Source of the DNA: an uncultured Actinomycetes bacterium
GTDB lineage: Bacteria; Actinomycetota; Acidimicrobiia; Acidimicrobiales; RAAP-2
Direction of reading: 5' to 3'
Assembly (NCBI GenBank): GCA_903900235.1
Contig: CAIUMH010000133.1
Coordinates: 4,889 to 68,888 of the forward strand
Length of the DNA: 64,000 nt
Numbering within the stretch: the stretch's first letter is position 1; every line of letters starts with the position of its first letter. Position numbers and translations under genes: made by a program. This document shows, piece after piece, positions 17,211 through 30,816 of the stretch. The notes below the pieces were generated by a model. The model saw only the letters and a list, made by a program, of their open reading frames with translations. It had not been told where the DNA came from and searched no databases.

Positions 17211-17747
17211 TCAGGGTCGACGGAAGAGGCCGAGATCCCCGGCTTCTCGCTGACCCGTGGTGTCAAGGTGGAGCGATCGCAGTGCCCGCTTGGCCTTGCG
17301 ACGCTGCTCCTCATCAAGGCGCTCGACCAGAAGGATGCCGTTGAGGTGATCGAGCTCATGCTGGAACACCCGGCCCTCGAAGCCATCGACCTCGAGGGAG
17401 ATGTCGTTGCCGTCGAGGTCAACACCAACGAGGTGGACCCGATCAGGCCGGAGGATCTCCCACGAGAGCCCTGGTACCGAGAGGCAGCCCTCCTCGTAGA
17501 CAAACTCACCGTCGGACTCCACGATCTCCGGGTTGATCACCGTCATGGGTCCCTCGCCGATGTCGTAGACGAAGATGCTCCGCTGGACCCCGATCTGGTT
17601 GGCCGCAAGCCCTGCACCCGGGGCGGCGTACATGACCTCGAGCATCCGGTCCGAGAGTGCCACCACCCGACTGTCGATGTCGGTAATGCGCTCGGTTGCG
17701 TTCTTGAGGGCGGGGTCGCCGTAGGTGCGGATCCGATGCGGGCTCAC
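17211..17747 (-). CDS. def: peptide deformylase
   Basis: GAGLAANQIG, EGCLS and HELDHLNG motifs. The GTG 17747 start lies 25 nt after the priA stop. Confidence 0.9.
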   Translation of the reverse strand: MSPHRIRTYGDPALKNATERITDIDSRVVALSDRMLEVMYAAPGAGLAANQIGVQRSIFVYDIGEGPMTVINPEIVESDGEFVYEEGCLSVPGLSWEILRPDRVHLVGVDLDGNDISLEVDGFEGRVFQHELDHLNGILLVERLDEEQRRKAKRALRSLHLDTTGQREAGDLGLFRRP

Positions 17748-17772
17748 TCCCCCATTGTACCGGTCCGAGCAA

Positions 17773-19557
17773 TCAGGCGATCTCTGCGTCGACCGCCACG
17801 ATGACCCGATCCTTCGGCCGACCTGCCGCCTGCAGCGCATCGGCCAGGAGTGTCGCCGTATCCGCCAGGAGTGCAATCCGACCGTCACCAAGCGGTCGTT
17901 GCTCGATGCCGAGTTCCATCGCTGCCGCGCTGAGCGCTGCGGCGCCCGGACCCTTGAGCACCGCAGCAGAGCGCACGGGAGGAAGGCCCAGTACTCGGCG
18001 GAGGTCCAGATCGGCGGCCACCACCGACGACGGGTCCCCCTGCACCGCTGCCGTCACCACAGGGTGGTCGACCAGGCGGGTCTGGAGTACAACGGTGCCG
18101 GAATCGTCATCTCCCCTGCCCCTCGTGAGGCGGCCGGCCCGACCGATCAACGCCAGCGTTGAAAGCTCCGCACCTGGTCGGGCGGACAACAGTTGGCTAT
18201 CGAGGTCGAGGAACGCCACAAGGCGCGCCCGCCGAATCCGATGAAGGATCGCCTCAGTCCCCACCACCGCCCTTGCGCCCCCGAGAGCAGCAGGAGTTGT
18301 GGCGGCGGTTACCTCCGCCGTCGGCACTCCGAGGAGGCCTGCGAGCTCCTCGGCGAGCTGAGCGGTCCCGGGGCGCAACCGCTTCATGGCCGTTGCGCCG
18401 CATCCACTGCAGATGATGGGCCGAGTGACCGCACAACGCGGGCACACCAGCTCCTCATCGCCGAGGGCCACGGCCGCCGAGCACGCGCCACATCGGGCAA
18501 GCTCGCTACACCGACGACAGGCGAGGAGCTTCGCCCGGCCAGTCCGATTGAGAATACATGCGACGGCCACGCCATCGACCTGCTCCTCGAGAGCTGCTGC
18601 GCCGAGTCGCGCCATCTCCTCTGAGAACCAGCCTGTCCTGGGGTCAGCGTTGGTGCGGTCAGCGATGATCACCCTGGGCCAGCCATCTTGCTCGAGTGAC
18701 CGATCCACGAACCGCTGATCATCGAGAACTGCCAGCGACGCTGTCGGGCAGCCCGTGACCATCGCTACCGGCCGCCCAGATCGCCCGCATCGCTCGATCG
18801 CGAGGTCAATCGCCGACCAGGTGGGAGCCGACTCTGAGCGGAAGCGATCATCCTCTGCATCGAGCACGAGCATCCCGGCCAGATCGGGCACCGGCGCCAA
18901 GGCAGCGGTTCGGGTCCCCACCACGACGGGCCATCCGGCTCGGGCGGCATCCCATGCATCGGCAAGGGCCACTGCCGGCACGCCCCGCTGCGCGAGACGT
19001 CGGGTCAGACGACCGGCGTAGCCCAACCCGGGGACCAAGACCACGACCGACCCCTCGTGGGCCGCTCGAGCGCCCGCGATGAATCCGAGCACGAGGTCCA
19101 ATGGATCGGTTACCGGCCCGACCCGCTCGACAACGGGATGAGGCGTCGTCGCCAAGGTCGAGCCGAGGAGCCCAAGGGCACTGTCAGGCACCAAGATCGG
19201 TGTGATGCTGCCGCAGCGCGGAAGAGCGGTCACATTGATGCCCGGCGAGGCTGACGAGAGGAATCGGGCATCAGTGCCGGCCCATCGCCAGGCTGCCCAG
19301 TGACAAAGGTCAACCACGTCGGCCGGGGGCCCGAATCCCATCGACTTCGACACCATGCGCAGCGTCGACGGTGCGGCCTCACCCGTTCCCGGGCCGACCA
19401 CCCACCCTTCAACCGATCGGCCGTGGAGCGGGATGCGGACGCGGCTTCCCAGTTCGAGTGGACCCCTGAATGCATCGGGCACTGCGTAGTCAAGGGGACG
19501 ACCAAGTGCCCCCACCTCTGTGATGACCGAGACGATGCGCTGATCGTCGCCGCTCAC
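17773..19557 (-). CDS. priA: primosomal protein N' homolog (no Walker A recognisable)
   Basis: N-terminal LDYAVP... domain and the Cys-rich zinc region CRRCSELARCGACSAAV...CPRC...CSGCG. Confidence 0.8.
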   Translation of the reverse strand: MSGDDQRIVSVITEVGALGRPLDYAVPDAFRGPLELGSRVRIPLHGRSVEGWVVGPGTGEAAPSTLRMVSKSMGFGPPADVVDLCHWAAWRWAGTDARFLSSASPGINVTALPRCGSITPILVPDSALGLLGSTLATTPHPVVERVGPVTDPLDLVLGFIAGARAAHEGSVVVLVPGLGYAGRLTRRLAQRGVPAVALADAWDAARAGWPVVVGTRTAALAPVPDLAGMLVLDAEDDRFRSESAPTWSAIDLAIERCGRSGRPVAMVTGCPTASLAVLDDQRFVDRSLEQDGWPRVIIADRTNADPRTGWFSEEMARLGAAALEEQVDGVAVACILNRTGRAKLLACRRCSELARCGACSAAVALGDEELVCPRCAVTRPIICSGCGATAMKRLRPGTAQLAEELAGLLGVPTAEVTAATTPAALGGARAVVGTEAILHRIRRARLVAFLDLDSQLLSARPGAELSTLALIGRAGRLTRGRGDDDSGTVVLQTRLVDHPVVTAAVQGDPSSVVAADLDLRRVLGLPPVRSAAVLKGPGAAALSAAAMELGIEQRPLGDGRIALLADTATLLADALQAAGRPKDRVIVAVDAEIA

Positions 19558-19563
19558 GTCAGC

Positions 19564-20760
19564 TCACAGGCTGAGCGCCCGGCGCAGGTCGTCGACCTTC
19601 GGGGTCTGCTCCCAGAGGAACTCGGGCTCCTGGCGTCCGAAGTGTCCATAGGCGGCAGTCTTCTTGTAGATCGGCCGACGAAGGTCGAGGTCACGGCTGA
19701 TGGCTGCCGGTCGGAGGTCGAAGATGTCATTGACGGCGGCAGCGATGGCCTGCGGATCAGCCGTGGCAGTTCCAAAGGTCTCTACGAGCAGCGAGACAGG
19801 ACGAGCCACGCCGATGGCGTAGGCCACCTGCACCTCACAGCGCGACGCCGCACCCGAGGCGACCACGTTCTTCGCCACCCAGCGGGCGGCATAGGCAGCG
19901 GAGCGATCGACCTTCGAGGGGTCCTTGCCCGAGAAGGCACCACCACCGTGGCGAGCCATACCGCCATAGGTGTCGACGATGATCTTGCGCCCGGTGAGGC
20001 CAGTGTCGGCGTGCGGGCCCCCGAGCTCGAAGATCCCGGTCGGGTTGGTGAGGAAGCGGACCTTGCTGATATCGAGGTCGCTGGGCAGCAGCGGGGTGAT
20101 GACCTGATCGACCAGATCGTTGTGCAGCGTCCCCTCGAGGTCGACGCCGGGGGCATGTTGGGTCGAGATGAGCACCGTGTCAATCGCCACAGGCTTGCCA
20201 TCCTCGTAGACCACGCTCACCTGAGTCTTGCCGTCGGGGCGGAGGTAGCCCAGCTGTCCGTTGCGCCGAACCTGAGTCAACCGCTCCGCGAGCCGGTGGC
20301 TCAGCCAAATCGGCAGGGGCATCAGGTCGGGGGTCTCGTCGCAGGCGAACCCGAACATCATCCCTTGGTCGCCGGCACCCTGACCATTGAGCACATCTTC
20401 ACCGCCGGACCCCTCGCGCAGCTCAAGAGCCTTGTCGACACCCTGGGCGATGTCGGGGCTCTGACGGTCGAGCGTCACCAAGACGGCGCAGGTGCTGCCG
20501 TTGAATCCCTTGGAATCATCGTCGTAGCCAATCTCGTTCACCGTGTCACGCACCAGCGTCGGCACGTCCACCGAGGCCTTGGTGGTGATCTCGCCGGCAA
20601 CAAGCACCATCCCGGTGGTCAGCAATGTCTCACAGGCAACCCGGCTCTCCGGGTCCTGCTCGAGCATGGCGTCGAGTACGGCGTCGGACACCTGGTCGGC
20701 CATCTTGTCAGGGTGACCTTCGGTGACTGACTCCGAGGTGAACGTGCTCCGAATGCTCAT
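19564..20760 (-). CDS. metK: S-adenosylmethionine synthase
   Basis: [13 protein letters not shown]...[10 protein letters not shown]...GGGAFSGKD. Confidence 0.95.
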   Translation of the reverse strand: MSIRSTFTSESVTEGHPDKMADQVSDAVLDAMLEQDPESRVACETLLTTGMVLVAGEITTKASVDVPTLVRDTVNEIGYDDDSKGFNGSTCAVLVTLDRQSPDIAQGVDKALELREGSGGEDVLNGQGAGDQGMMFGFACDETPDLMPLPIWLSHRLAERLTQVRRNGQLGYLRPDGKTQVSVVYEDGKPVAIDTVLISTQHAPGVDLEGTLHNDLVDQVITPLLPSDLDISKVRFLTNPTGIFELGGPHADTGLTGRKIIVDTYGGMARHGGGAFSGKDPSKVDRSAAYAARWVAKNVVASGAASRCEVQVAYAIGVARPVSLLVETFGTATADPQAIAAAVNDIFDLRPAAISRDLDLRRPIYKKTAAYGHFGRQEPEFLWEQTPKVDDLRRALSL

Positions 20761-21983
20761 CTGCTGTCCTTCTCTTCTGAGTGATTCAGGTGATCGTTCA
20801 CCCTATCCAAGATCCTGTCCGCCACCGCTCGTTTCGACGAAAGCGCCACGGCGTGACTCGAGCCGTCCGCTGCAAGGATATGCACGGCATTGGTGTCGTG
20901 GTCGAAGCCAACCGAAGGAGCGCTCACGTCATTGACCACGAGCAGGTCACATCCCTTGCGGGCGAGCTTCGCCGCAGCGTGCTCGAGCACCTGGTCAGTC
21001 TCAGCGGCGAAGCCCACGATCACCTGGCCAACCTTCCGGCGGGCGACGAGGTCGCCGAGGATGTCCGCGGTGGGCTCCAAGACGATCTGTGGGGTCCCAC
21101 GCTCGCGCTTGACCTTGGTGGCTGCAGGGCTAGCCGGACGGAAGTCCGCCACTGCGGCAGCCATGATGACCGCATCGGCCCGCTCGGCCTCCGGCAGCAT
21201 CGCCTCGTGCATCTGCGCCGCCGTCTCCACACGCACCGCCCTCACCCCAGGAGGGGCCGGGAGGCTTGAGGAGGTGACCAACACGACCGTCGCTCCTCGC
21301 TCGGCGGCTGCAAAGGCCAGCGCGTGGCCTTGCTTGCCAGACGAACGATTGGTCAAGAAGCGCACAGGGTCGATGGGCTCTCGCGTCCCTCCTGCGCTAA
21401 TCACCACGGTCCGACCCTCAAGGTCGGCCGTCTGGTGGCGGTCGAGGATGGCGAGCGCCGCCTCGGCGATCGTCGCCGGATCAGCGAGTCTCCCGGCACC
21501 CTCGTCACCTCCGGCCAGACGTCCGACCTCCGGTTCCACGACTTCCACCCCCCGACGCCGAAGAAGTGAGAGATTGTCAACCACGCTGGGCTGCTCCCAC
21601 ATCTCGGTGTGCATCGCTGGGGCCACGAGTACCGGGGCACGAGTGGCGAGCAGCGTGGCCGTGAGCAAATCGTCAGCGAAGCCGGCGGCATAGCGAGCAA
21701 GCAGGTGGGCAGTCGCTGGGGCGATGATCACCAAATCGGCAGATTGACCCAGCCTCGTGTGCGGGATCACCGAGTCGGCACCGTAGAGCTCGGTCTGGGC
21801 CGGCTCAGAGGCCAAGGCACTAAAGGTCAGAGTGCCGACGAATCTCGTGGCGTGCTCGGTCAAGACCGGTGCCACATGGCACCCCGCGTCAACAAGGAGG
21901 CGACACAACTCGACCGCCTTGTAGGCGGCGATGCCGCCCGACACGCCGAGAACGACGAAGGGGCGTCCGTCAGCGGTCGCCAT
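20757..21983 (-). CDS. coaBC: phosphopantothenoylcysteine decarboxylase / phosphopantothenate--cysteine ligase
   Basis: [13 protein letters not shown] flavoprotein N-domain and [11 protein letters not shown] in the C-domain. There is a 4-nt overlap with metK. Confidence 0.9.
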   Translation of the reverse strand: MATADGRPFVVLGVSGGIAAYKAVELCRLLVDAGCHVAPVLTEHATRFVGTLTFSALASEPAQTELYGADSVIPHTRLGQSADLVIIAPATAHLLARYAAGFADDLLTATLLATRAPVLVAPAMHTEMWEQPSVVDNLSLLRRRGVEVVEPEVGRLAGGDEGAGRLADPATIAEAALAILDRHQTADLEGRTVVISAGGTREPIDPVRFLTNRSSGKQGHALAFAAAERGATVVLVTSSSLPAPPGVRAVRVETAAQMHEAMLPEAERADAVIMAAAVADFRPASPAATKVKRERGTPQIVLEPTADILGDLVARRKVGQVIVGFAAETDQVLEHAAAKLARKGCDLLVVNDVSAPSVGFDHDTNAVHILAADGSSHAVALSSKRAVADRILDRVNDHLNHSEEKDSR

Positions 21984-22008
21984 GGTGTCCCGAGAGCCGA
22001 GCCGGAGC

Positions 22009-22398
22009 TCAGCTGGCGTCGCCGGGCTCCTCGACGCCCTCCGTCAGGGTCTCGATGACCTCTCCGGCTGCAATGAAGGACAAGGGGTCTCCCAAGAAGC
22101 CGATGGAGTCAGCATCGGCCATCGCTGCTTCCTCGGCGGCGAGCTCTTCAGCGTCAGGACGGTGGTAGGTGACCTTGGACTGGGCCACCTCCTCGAAAGC
22201 GATCGACAGGGGCTTGCCAGAGACCGACGTGACCTGCGGCGGCACGACGCGACCGAGGACATCGCCGAGACCCTGGTAGTAGGAGTTGATCTCGCGGGCC
22301 CGCTTGGCTCCGAGTGTCACCAGCGTGAACTTCGAGTCGACCTTGTCGAGCAACTCCTCGACGGGCGGGTCCATGAGGGTCATGCGCTTGGTGGCCAT
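22009..22398 (-). CDS. rpoZ: DNA-directed RNA polymerase subunit omega (acidic C-terminal extension)
   Basis: PPVEELLDKVDSKFTLVTLGAKRAREIN. SD GAGGAG lies 8 nt upstream. Confidence 0.85.
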   Translation of the reverse strand: MATKRMTLMDPPVEELLDKVDSKFTLVTLGAKRAREINSYYQGLGDVLGRVVPPQVTSVSGKPLSIAFEEVAQSKVTYHRPDAEELAAEEAAMADADSIGFLGDPLSFIAAGEVIETLTEGVEEPGDAS

Positions 22399-22415
22399 TG
22401 GGGGATCTCCTCGGA

Positions 22416-23006
22416 TCAGGTGGTCTCGGCGGAGCGACCCCGCCGAAGAGCCTCCACTATACCGAGGATATCGGACACGGCTTGTTCGAGGTCATCATTG
22501 ACCACCTCATGGTGGGCAATCTGCCTCCCCTGGGCCACTTCGACGCGACCCTCCTCGAGCCGACGCTGCACGTGGTGCTCAGGGTCGCCTCGGCGTCGAA
22601 GTCGCTCCTCCTGCACCTCCTCAGAAGGGGGAAGCAGGAGCACGACCCGGGCGTCGGGATGTCGGGCCAGGATCTGTCGAGCTCCTTCGACCTCGATCTC
22701 AAGCAGGACATCACGGCCGGGCGGCGGGACCGGGATTGGGGTTCCGTAGAGGTTCCCTAGGAATTCTGCCCACTCGATGAAGCCGTCGCGCTCGGCATGT
22801 GCCTCGAACGAGGGGCGATCCACGAAGACATACGCATCCTCGTCCTCGCCATCTCGACGCTCCCGAGTGGTCCAACTCCGACTCAGCCAGAGATTGCGAT
22901 CACCGTCGAGCAGGCGTCCGGCAACCGTCCCCTTCCCGGTCCCCCCTGGGCCGATCAGGACCAAGATGCCCGGCTCAGCGAACGGTGAGGCGGAGGAGCT
23001 CGGCAC
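22416..23006 (-). CDS. gmk: guanylate kinase
   Basis: P-loop LIGPGGTGKGT...SRSWTTRERR...NLYGTP. The start is uncertain (GTG 23006 or TTG 22964). Confidence 0.85.
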   Translation of the reverse strand: MPSSSASPFAEPGILVLIGPGGTGKGTVAGRLLDGDRNLWLSRSWTTRERRDGEDEDAYVFVDRPSFEAHAERDGFIEWAEFLGNLYGTPIPVPPPGRDVLLEIEVEGARQILARHPDARVVLLLPPSEEVQEERLRRRGDPEHHVQRRLEEGRVEVAQGRQIAHHEVVNDDLEQAVSDILGIVEALRRGRSAETT

Positions 23007-23292
23007 GCTGATGGATCCCAAGTCCTTGGACCCGCCGTGATTCGGCGATCCCGATCTGCCCGAGCAGCCGCTCAGCCTTGACCTTCCCGACGGCCGGAAG
23101 CGACTCGAGCAACACCAGAACACGCATCTTGCCGATGATCTCATCGGTGGCCGCTCGATCGAGAGCTTCGACGAGGCTCAAGGAACCATCCTTAAGGTCC
23201 TTCTTGACCTGAGCGCGCTCTTTGCGGACCGTCGCAGCCTTGGCGAGGGCAGCGGCCCTCTGCTCGGGCGTCAGCGCTGGTGGCGTTGGCAT
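22975..23292 (-). CDS. mihF: actinobacterial integration host factor
   Basis: MPTPPALTPEQRAAALAKAATVRKERAQVKKDLK...LLESLPAVGKVKAERLL. Confidence 0.85.
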   Translation of the reverse strand: MPTPPALTPEQRAAALAKAATVRKERAQVKKDLKDGSLSLVEALDRAATDEIIGKMRVLVLLESLPAVGKVKAERLLGQIGIAESRRVQGLGIHQRAELLRLTVR

Positions 23293-23298
23293 AACTTG

Positions 23299-23304
23299 AG
23301 GTTA
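23299..23304 (-). promoter_or_regulatory. -10 box TAACCT (extended TGG), leaderless mihF
   Basis: Minus strand reads TGGTAACCT-caagtt-ATG(23292), a 6-nt spacing. Confidence 0.5.
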
Positions 23305-23336
23305 CCAGCGGAGACCCGAGGTGACGGAGTCCGCGG

Positions 23337-24194
23337 TCAGGCCAGTTCTGCTCGCAGCTCAGCCGCCAGCGCTGTCGCAGCAGCAGCCACGGCCGACAAG
23401 GTCGGCCCAGCAGCCAAGATCGAGCGTGAAGCGTTCACCACCACCGACCCGGTCGGACACTCGGCGAACAGGGCACCGACGTCCGCTGGGGTCGCCCCCT
23501 GCGCTCCGACGCCAGGCACCAAGAATGTACCGGCGAACGATGAAAGTGGAAGGCTTCCGGCGGTGCGGGTGGCACCGACCACGGCACCGAGCGAACCAAC
23601 AGAGCGTCCCGTCGAGGCAGTTTCCGCAGCATTGCGGCTCGCCATCTCCTCGAGGAGGTCCTCCTCGACTCGGCGCCCTGAGGCCGTGACCGCCTCTTGG
23701 AGGCTTCGTCCCTCCGGGTTCGAGCTCGCAACTACAGCGAACAGCCCTCGTCCCGAGCGTGCAGCTCGGTCGATCACCTCATCCATTGCTCCAAGGCCCA
23801 GATATGCACTGACCGTCAGGGCATCGACCGACAGCGGCGATCCGTCTGAGAGCCATGCCTCGCCATAGGCCGACATCGTGGCATCGATATCGCCACGCTT
23901 GGCGTCAGCAACCACGAGGAGTCCCGCCTCTCGGGCGCTCGCCAACACCGCCTCAAGCGCAACGTAGCCCTTGCTCCCATGTCGCTCGAAATACGCCACC
24001 TGGGGCTTGATTGCCGCGGCGATGCCAGCCACCGACTCGACGATCATCCTCCCCATAGCCTCGACGCCGGCGGCGCTGTCCTCAAGGCCCCATCGCTCAA
24101 GCAGGACGGCAGACGGATCAATACCGACGCACAGCGGAGAAGTAGCTACCACTGCGGCCTGCAGCCGATCACCGAACCCCTGTCGCTCATCCAT
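23337..24194 (-). CDS. pyrF: orotidine 5'-phosphate decarboxylase (type 2)
   Basis: LCVGIDP...VADAKRGDI... long actinobacterial-type form. There is an 8-nt overlap with pyrD. Confidence 0.85.
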   Translation of the reverse strand: MDERQGFGDRLQAAVVATSPLCVGIDPSAVLLERWGLEDSAAGVEAMGRMIVESVAGIAAAIKPQVAYFERHGSKGYVALEAVLASAREAGLLVVADAKRGDIDATMSAYGEAWLSDGSPLSVDALTVSAYLGLGAMDEVIDRAARSGRGLFAVVASSNPEGRSLQEAVTASGRRVEEDLLEEMASRNAAETASTGRSVGSLGAVVGATRTAGSLPLSSFAGTFLVPGVGAQGATPADVGALFAECPTGSVVVNASRSILAAGPTLSAVAAAATALAAELRAELA

Positions 24195-25100
24195 GGGCCA
24201 CTCCTCTCACCTCAGAAAGGTCCGCCACATCGTGGTCGGCCATCCACTTTGCGACCTCACGCTGGATCCGCCAGGGAGCTCGGGGCTCGGCCAGCGAGGC
24301 CGTCCCCACCTGCACCGCTGTCGCACCGGCCATGATCATCTCGATGGCATCAACGCCCGTCGAGATCCCTCCTACGCCGATGATCGGGGCCTCCGGCAGA
24401 GCTCTGGCACACTCGAAGACCGCTCGCACGCTCACCGCATGGATCGCTGGTCCGGAGAGCCCGCCACCGCCATTCCCAAGTGCTGGCCGGCGAGCCTCGG
24501 TGTCGATCACCATGCCGAGGACGGTGTTGGTGAGCACCAACGCATCAGCGCCTGCAGTCATGGCCGCTTCCGCGATCTCGGTGAGCTCTGACGTGTTCGG
24601 GCTCAGCTTCACCCAACGAGGATGCACCCCACCAACGGCCGCTACGGCAGCGGCCGTGGACTGCGCCGAGTGGGCGAACATCCGTGAGCGATCCTCGAGA
24701 TTCGGACAGCTCACGTTCACCTCGATGGCATCGACCGCCACATCCGCAAGGAGTGCTCCGGCTCGGGCATAGTCCTCGATGCTGCGGCCCCACACGCTCG
24801 CCACCACCCGAGCACCCGACGAGGCCAGTGAAGGGAGATCGTCGGCGATCCAAGCAGCCAACCCGGGGCCCTGCAGTCCCACCGAGTTGATCATGCCGAC
24901 GGCCAGCGGACGCAGGCGCGGCGGCGGGTTCCCAGGCCATGGATCAGGGCTGAGCGACTTGACCACCACGGCCCCGAGCACCGACAGATCGCCATAGGCT
25001 CGCAGCTCATCGGCGTGGCCAGCGGTCCCCGCCGCAGTCATCACGCAGCCGTTCATCTCAACGCCTCCGACCCGCACGGCCGTGGACGGCAGACGACGGC

Positions 25101-25104
<4 letters not shown>
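24187..25104 (-). CDS. pyrD: dihydroorotate dehydrogenase, class 1-like (Cys catalytic base)
   Basis: MTAAGTAG...[10 protein letters not shown]...[10 protein letters not shown]...GGLSGPAI...IGVGGI. The internal ATG 25104 gives an ATGA overlap with the carB stop. Confidence 0.85.
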
Positions 25105-28411
<3,307 letters not shown>

Positions 28412-28412
<1 letters not shown>

Positions 28413-29500
28413 CAGCGCTCCCCCTTCTCTGCCATGGCACGGGCGAACTCGTCGAAGAGGTACACCGCGTCGTGCGGCCCAGGGCCCGCTTCGGGATGGT
28501 GCTGGACGCTGACCGCCCGGGCGGAGGGGACACTGATCCCCTCGATCACCTCGTCGTTGAGGTTGATGTGGGTCACCTGGGCTCCTGGGATCGTTCCCGC
28601 CTCGACGGCGTAGTTGTGGTTCTGAGCGGTGATCTCGACGTGGCCGGTGGCCAGGTTCATCACCGGGTGGTTGGACCCGTGGTGACCGAAGGGAAGCTTG
28701 TAGGTCCGGCCACCGAGCGCTTCGGCGAGCACCTGGTGGCCGAGGCAGATCCCTAACAGCGGACGGGTTCCCACCAGGTCGGCCACCGTCGACACGACGG
28801 CGCCGAGGGCCCCAGGATCGCCGGGCCCATTGGACAAGAAGATCCCATCGGGATCGAGCGCGAGGATCTCGTCAGCCGTCGTCGCCGACGGGACCACCGT
28901 GACCGTGGCGAAGCTCGAGAGGTGACGCACGATGGTGGTCTTGATGCCGAGATCGAGCGCCACCACACGCAGCGAACCACTTCCCACCGTGTAGGGCGCT
29001 GTGGTCGACACCGTGCTGGCGAGATCCTTGCCGTCAGTCCCCTCGGCCGTGGCCGCCGCAGCCGAGACCGCGTCGAGACCACCAGTGCCGAAGGCGCAGG
29101 GCATCGCACCGGCATCGCGTAGATGTCGAGTGAGCCGGCGAGTGTCGATGCCGGTGATGGCTCCGACCCCTCGATCGATCAGGAAGTCCTCCAGCGACCC
29201 CTCGGCTCTCCAGCTCGAGTGCAGCGGTGGAAGGTCCCGCACGATGATTCCGTCGAGGTGCGTCGCGGCGGACTCTGCGTCGAGTGAAGTGACCCCGTAG
29301 TTACCGATGTGCGGGTAGGTGAACGCCACCACTTGCCCGGCATAGCTCGGGTCGGTGATGACCTCTTGATAGCCACTGAGGGCGGTATTGAACACGGCCT
29401 CGCCGGTGACGATGCCGCCGTCGAGCAGACTGCCGGCGGCCTCTCCCTCGAAACTCGTGCCATCACTCAGGACCAGGTGGGCCTCAGGTCGCCGGGTCAT
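28412..29500 (-). CDS. carA: carbamoyl-phosphate synthase small subunit
   Basis: Glutamine amidotransferase triad region GICLGHQ...QHHPE. Confidence 0.95.
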
Positions 29501-30816
29501 CGCTGGGCCTCGGACTCTCTCACGATGAGTTCTCCTCGCACGATCGTGTGGCGGATGCCGCCCGTGAGGGTGCGTCCGGCATAGGGAGTGTTGCGGGAAC
29601 GGCTAGCCAAGGCAGCCGGGTCCACGATGGGCCGCCGCGACGGATCGAAGATACACAGGTTGGCATCTTCGCCAGCCATGAGTTCTCCGCCATGAGCGCT
29701 CTGGCCGCCGCGTCGCTCTGACGCCTCCGTCAGCCGGGCGATCCGAGCTGGTCGGCGGCTCAGCACCTCGAACAACATCCGTCCATCTCCCTCGGCGCCC
29801 AATGCCTCCCAGGTGAGAGCCGCTGCATGCTCGAGACCCAGCATCCCGGGAGCCGCCTGGTCGAACGGGCGATCCTTGGCCTGCGCAGGATGCGGTGCGT
29901 GATCGGTGGCTACAGCGTCGATCTGCCCTGCGATGAGTGCTGCGACGAGGGCATCGATGTCTGCCTTGGTTCGCAGCGGTGGGTGCACCTTGAACACCGG
30001 GTCGTACGAGGCGCAGAGTTCCTCAGGCAGGTGAAGATGATGGGGCGTCACCTCGAAGGTGACGTCGATGCCCTTGGCCTTGGCCGCCAGGCACAGCTCG
30101 AGCGAACGTGCCGTCGAGAGGTGCAGCAGATGGAGCGAGCAGCCCGTTGCCTCAGCCAGCGCCAGATCACGGGCGACCATGATCTCCTCGGAAAGCCCCG
30201 ATCGACCTGGGAGCCCGAGGCGGCTCGCCAGCGACCCGGCGTTCATGCAACCCGACCCAGCGAGTGACTCGTCCTCGCAGTGCTCAGCCAGCGTCACCCC
30301 TAGTCCTCGGGCATACTGCATCGCCCGCAACATCAATCCGGCATCTTGGACGCCGTTGCCGTCGTCGGTGAAGATCGTGACGCCGAGCGAAGCCATCTCT
30401 GCCATCGGGGACAGGATCTGACCGGCTCGACCCACCGTGATAGCCCCGGCGACAGCGACATCGATGGCGGCGGCCTGACCGAGAGCGATCACCTGCGCCA
30501 CGACGGCTGCCGAGTCGATCGCTGGGATGGTGTTCGGCATGGCCACCACCGCGCTGTAGCCACCGAGGGCACCCGCTCGACAACCAGTCTCGACCGTTTC
30601 CGCCTCCTCGCCACCCGGCTCACGCAGGTGGGTGTGAAGGTCGACGAGCCCTGGGCCCACCAAACACCCCGTAGCGTCGAGTTCGATGGCTCCTGTCGGT
30701 GCGGCAATTTGAGAGCCCACCTCAAGGATGCGTCCGTCGACGATGGCCACGTCGGCGGACACGACCTCGCTCGACCGAACCACGGTTCCTCCCCGGACGA
30801 TGAGGTTTTCAACCAC
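29497..30816 (-). CDS. pyrC: dihydroorotase
   Basis: VDLHTHLREPG... metal-binding motif. The GTG 30816 start overlaps the pyrB stop by 8 nt; the ORF-track start 30942 lies inside pyrB. Confidence 0.9.
   Translation of the reverse strand: MVENLIVRGGTVVRSSEVVSADVAIVDGRILEVGSQIAAPTGAIELDATGCLVGPGLVDLHTHLREPGGEEAETVETGCRAGALGGYSAVVAMPNTIPAIDSAAVVAQVIALGQAAAIDVAVAGAITVGRAGQILSPMAEMASLGVTIFTDDGNGVQDAGLMLRAMQYARGLGVTLAEHCEDESLAGSGCMNAGSLASRLGLPGRSGLSEEIMVARDLALAEATGCSLHLLHLSTARSLELCLAAKAKGIDVTFEVTPHHLHLPEELCASYDPVFKVHPPLRTKADIDALVAALIAGQIDAVATDHAPHPAQAKDRPFDQAAPGMLGLEHAAALTWEALGAEGDGRMLFEVLSRRPARIARLTEASERRGGQSAHGGELMAGEDANLCIFDPSRRPIVDPAALASRSRNTPYAGRTLTGGIRHTIVRGELIVRESEAQR

Noticed and set aside
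19300-20730. A 476-aa plus-strand ORF antisense to metK. Similar long antisense ORFs lie at 5393-6475, 13040-13882, 25995-27500, 33342-34184, 41886-42881, 53849-54622 and 60141-61148.
   Set aside because: Each lies opposite a gene with unambiguous family motifs. Their translations are Arg/Pro/Gly/Ala-rich and motif-free, as expected for stop-poor shadow frames in GC-rich DNA.
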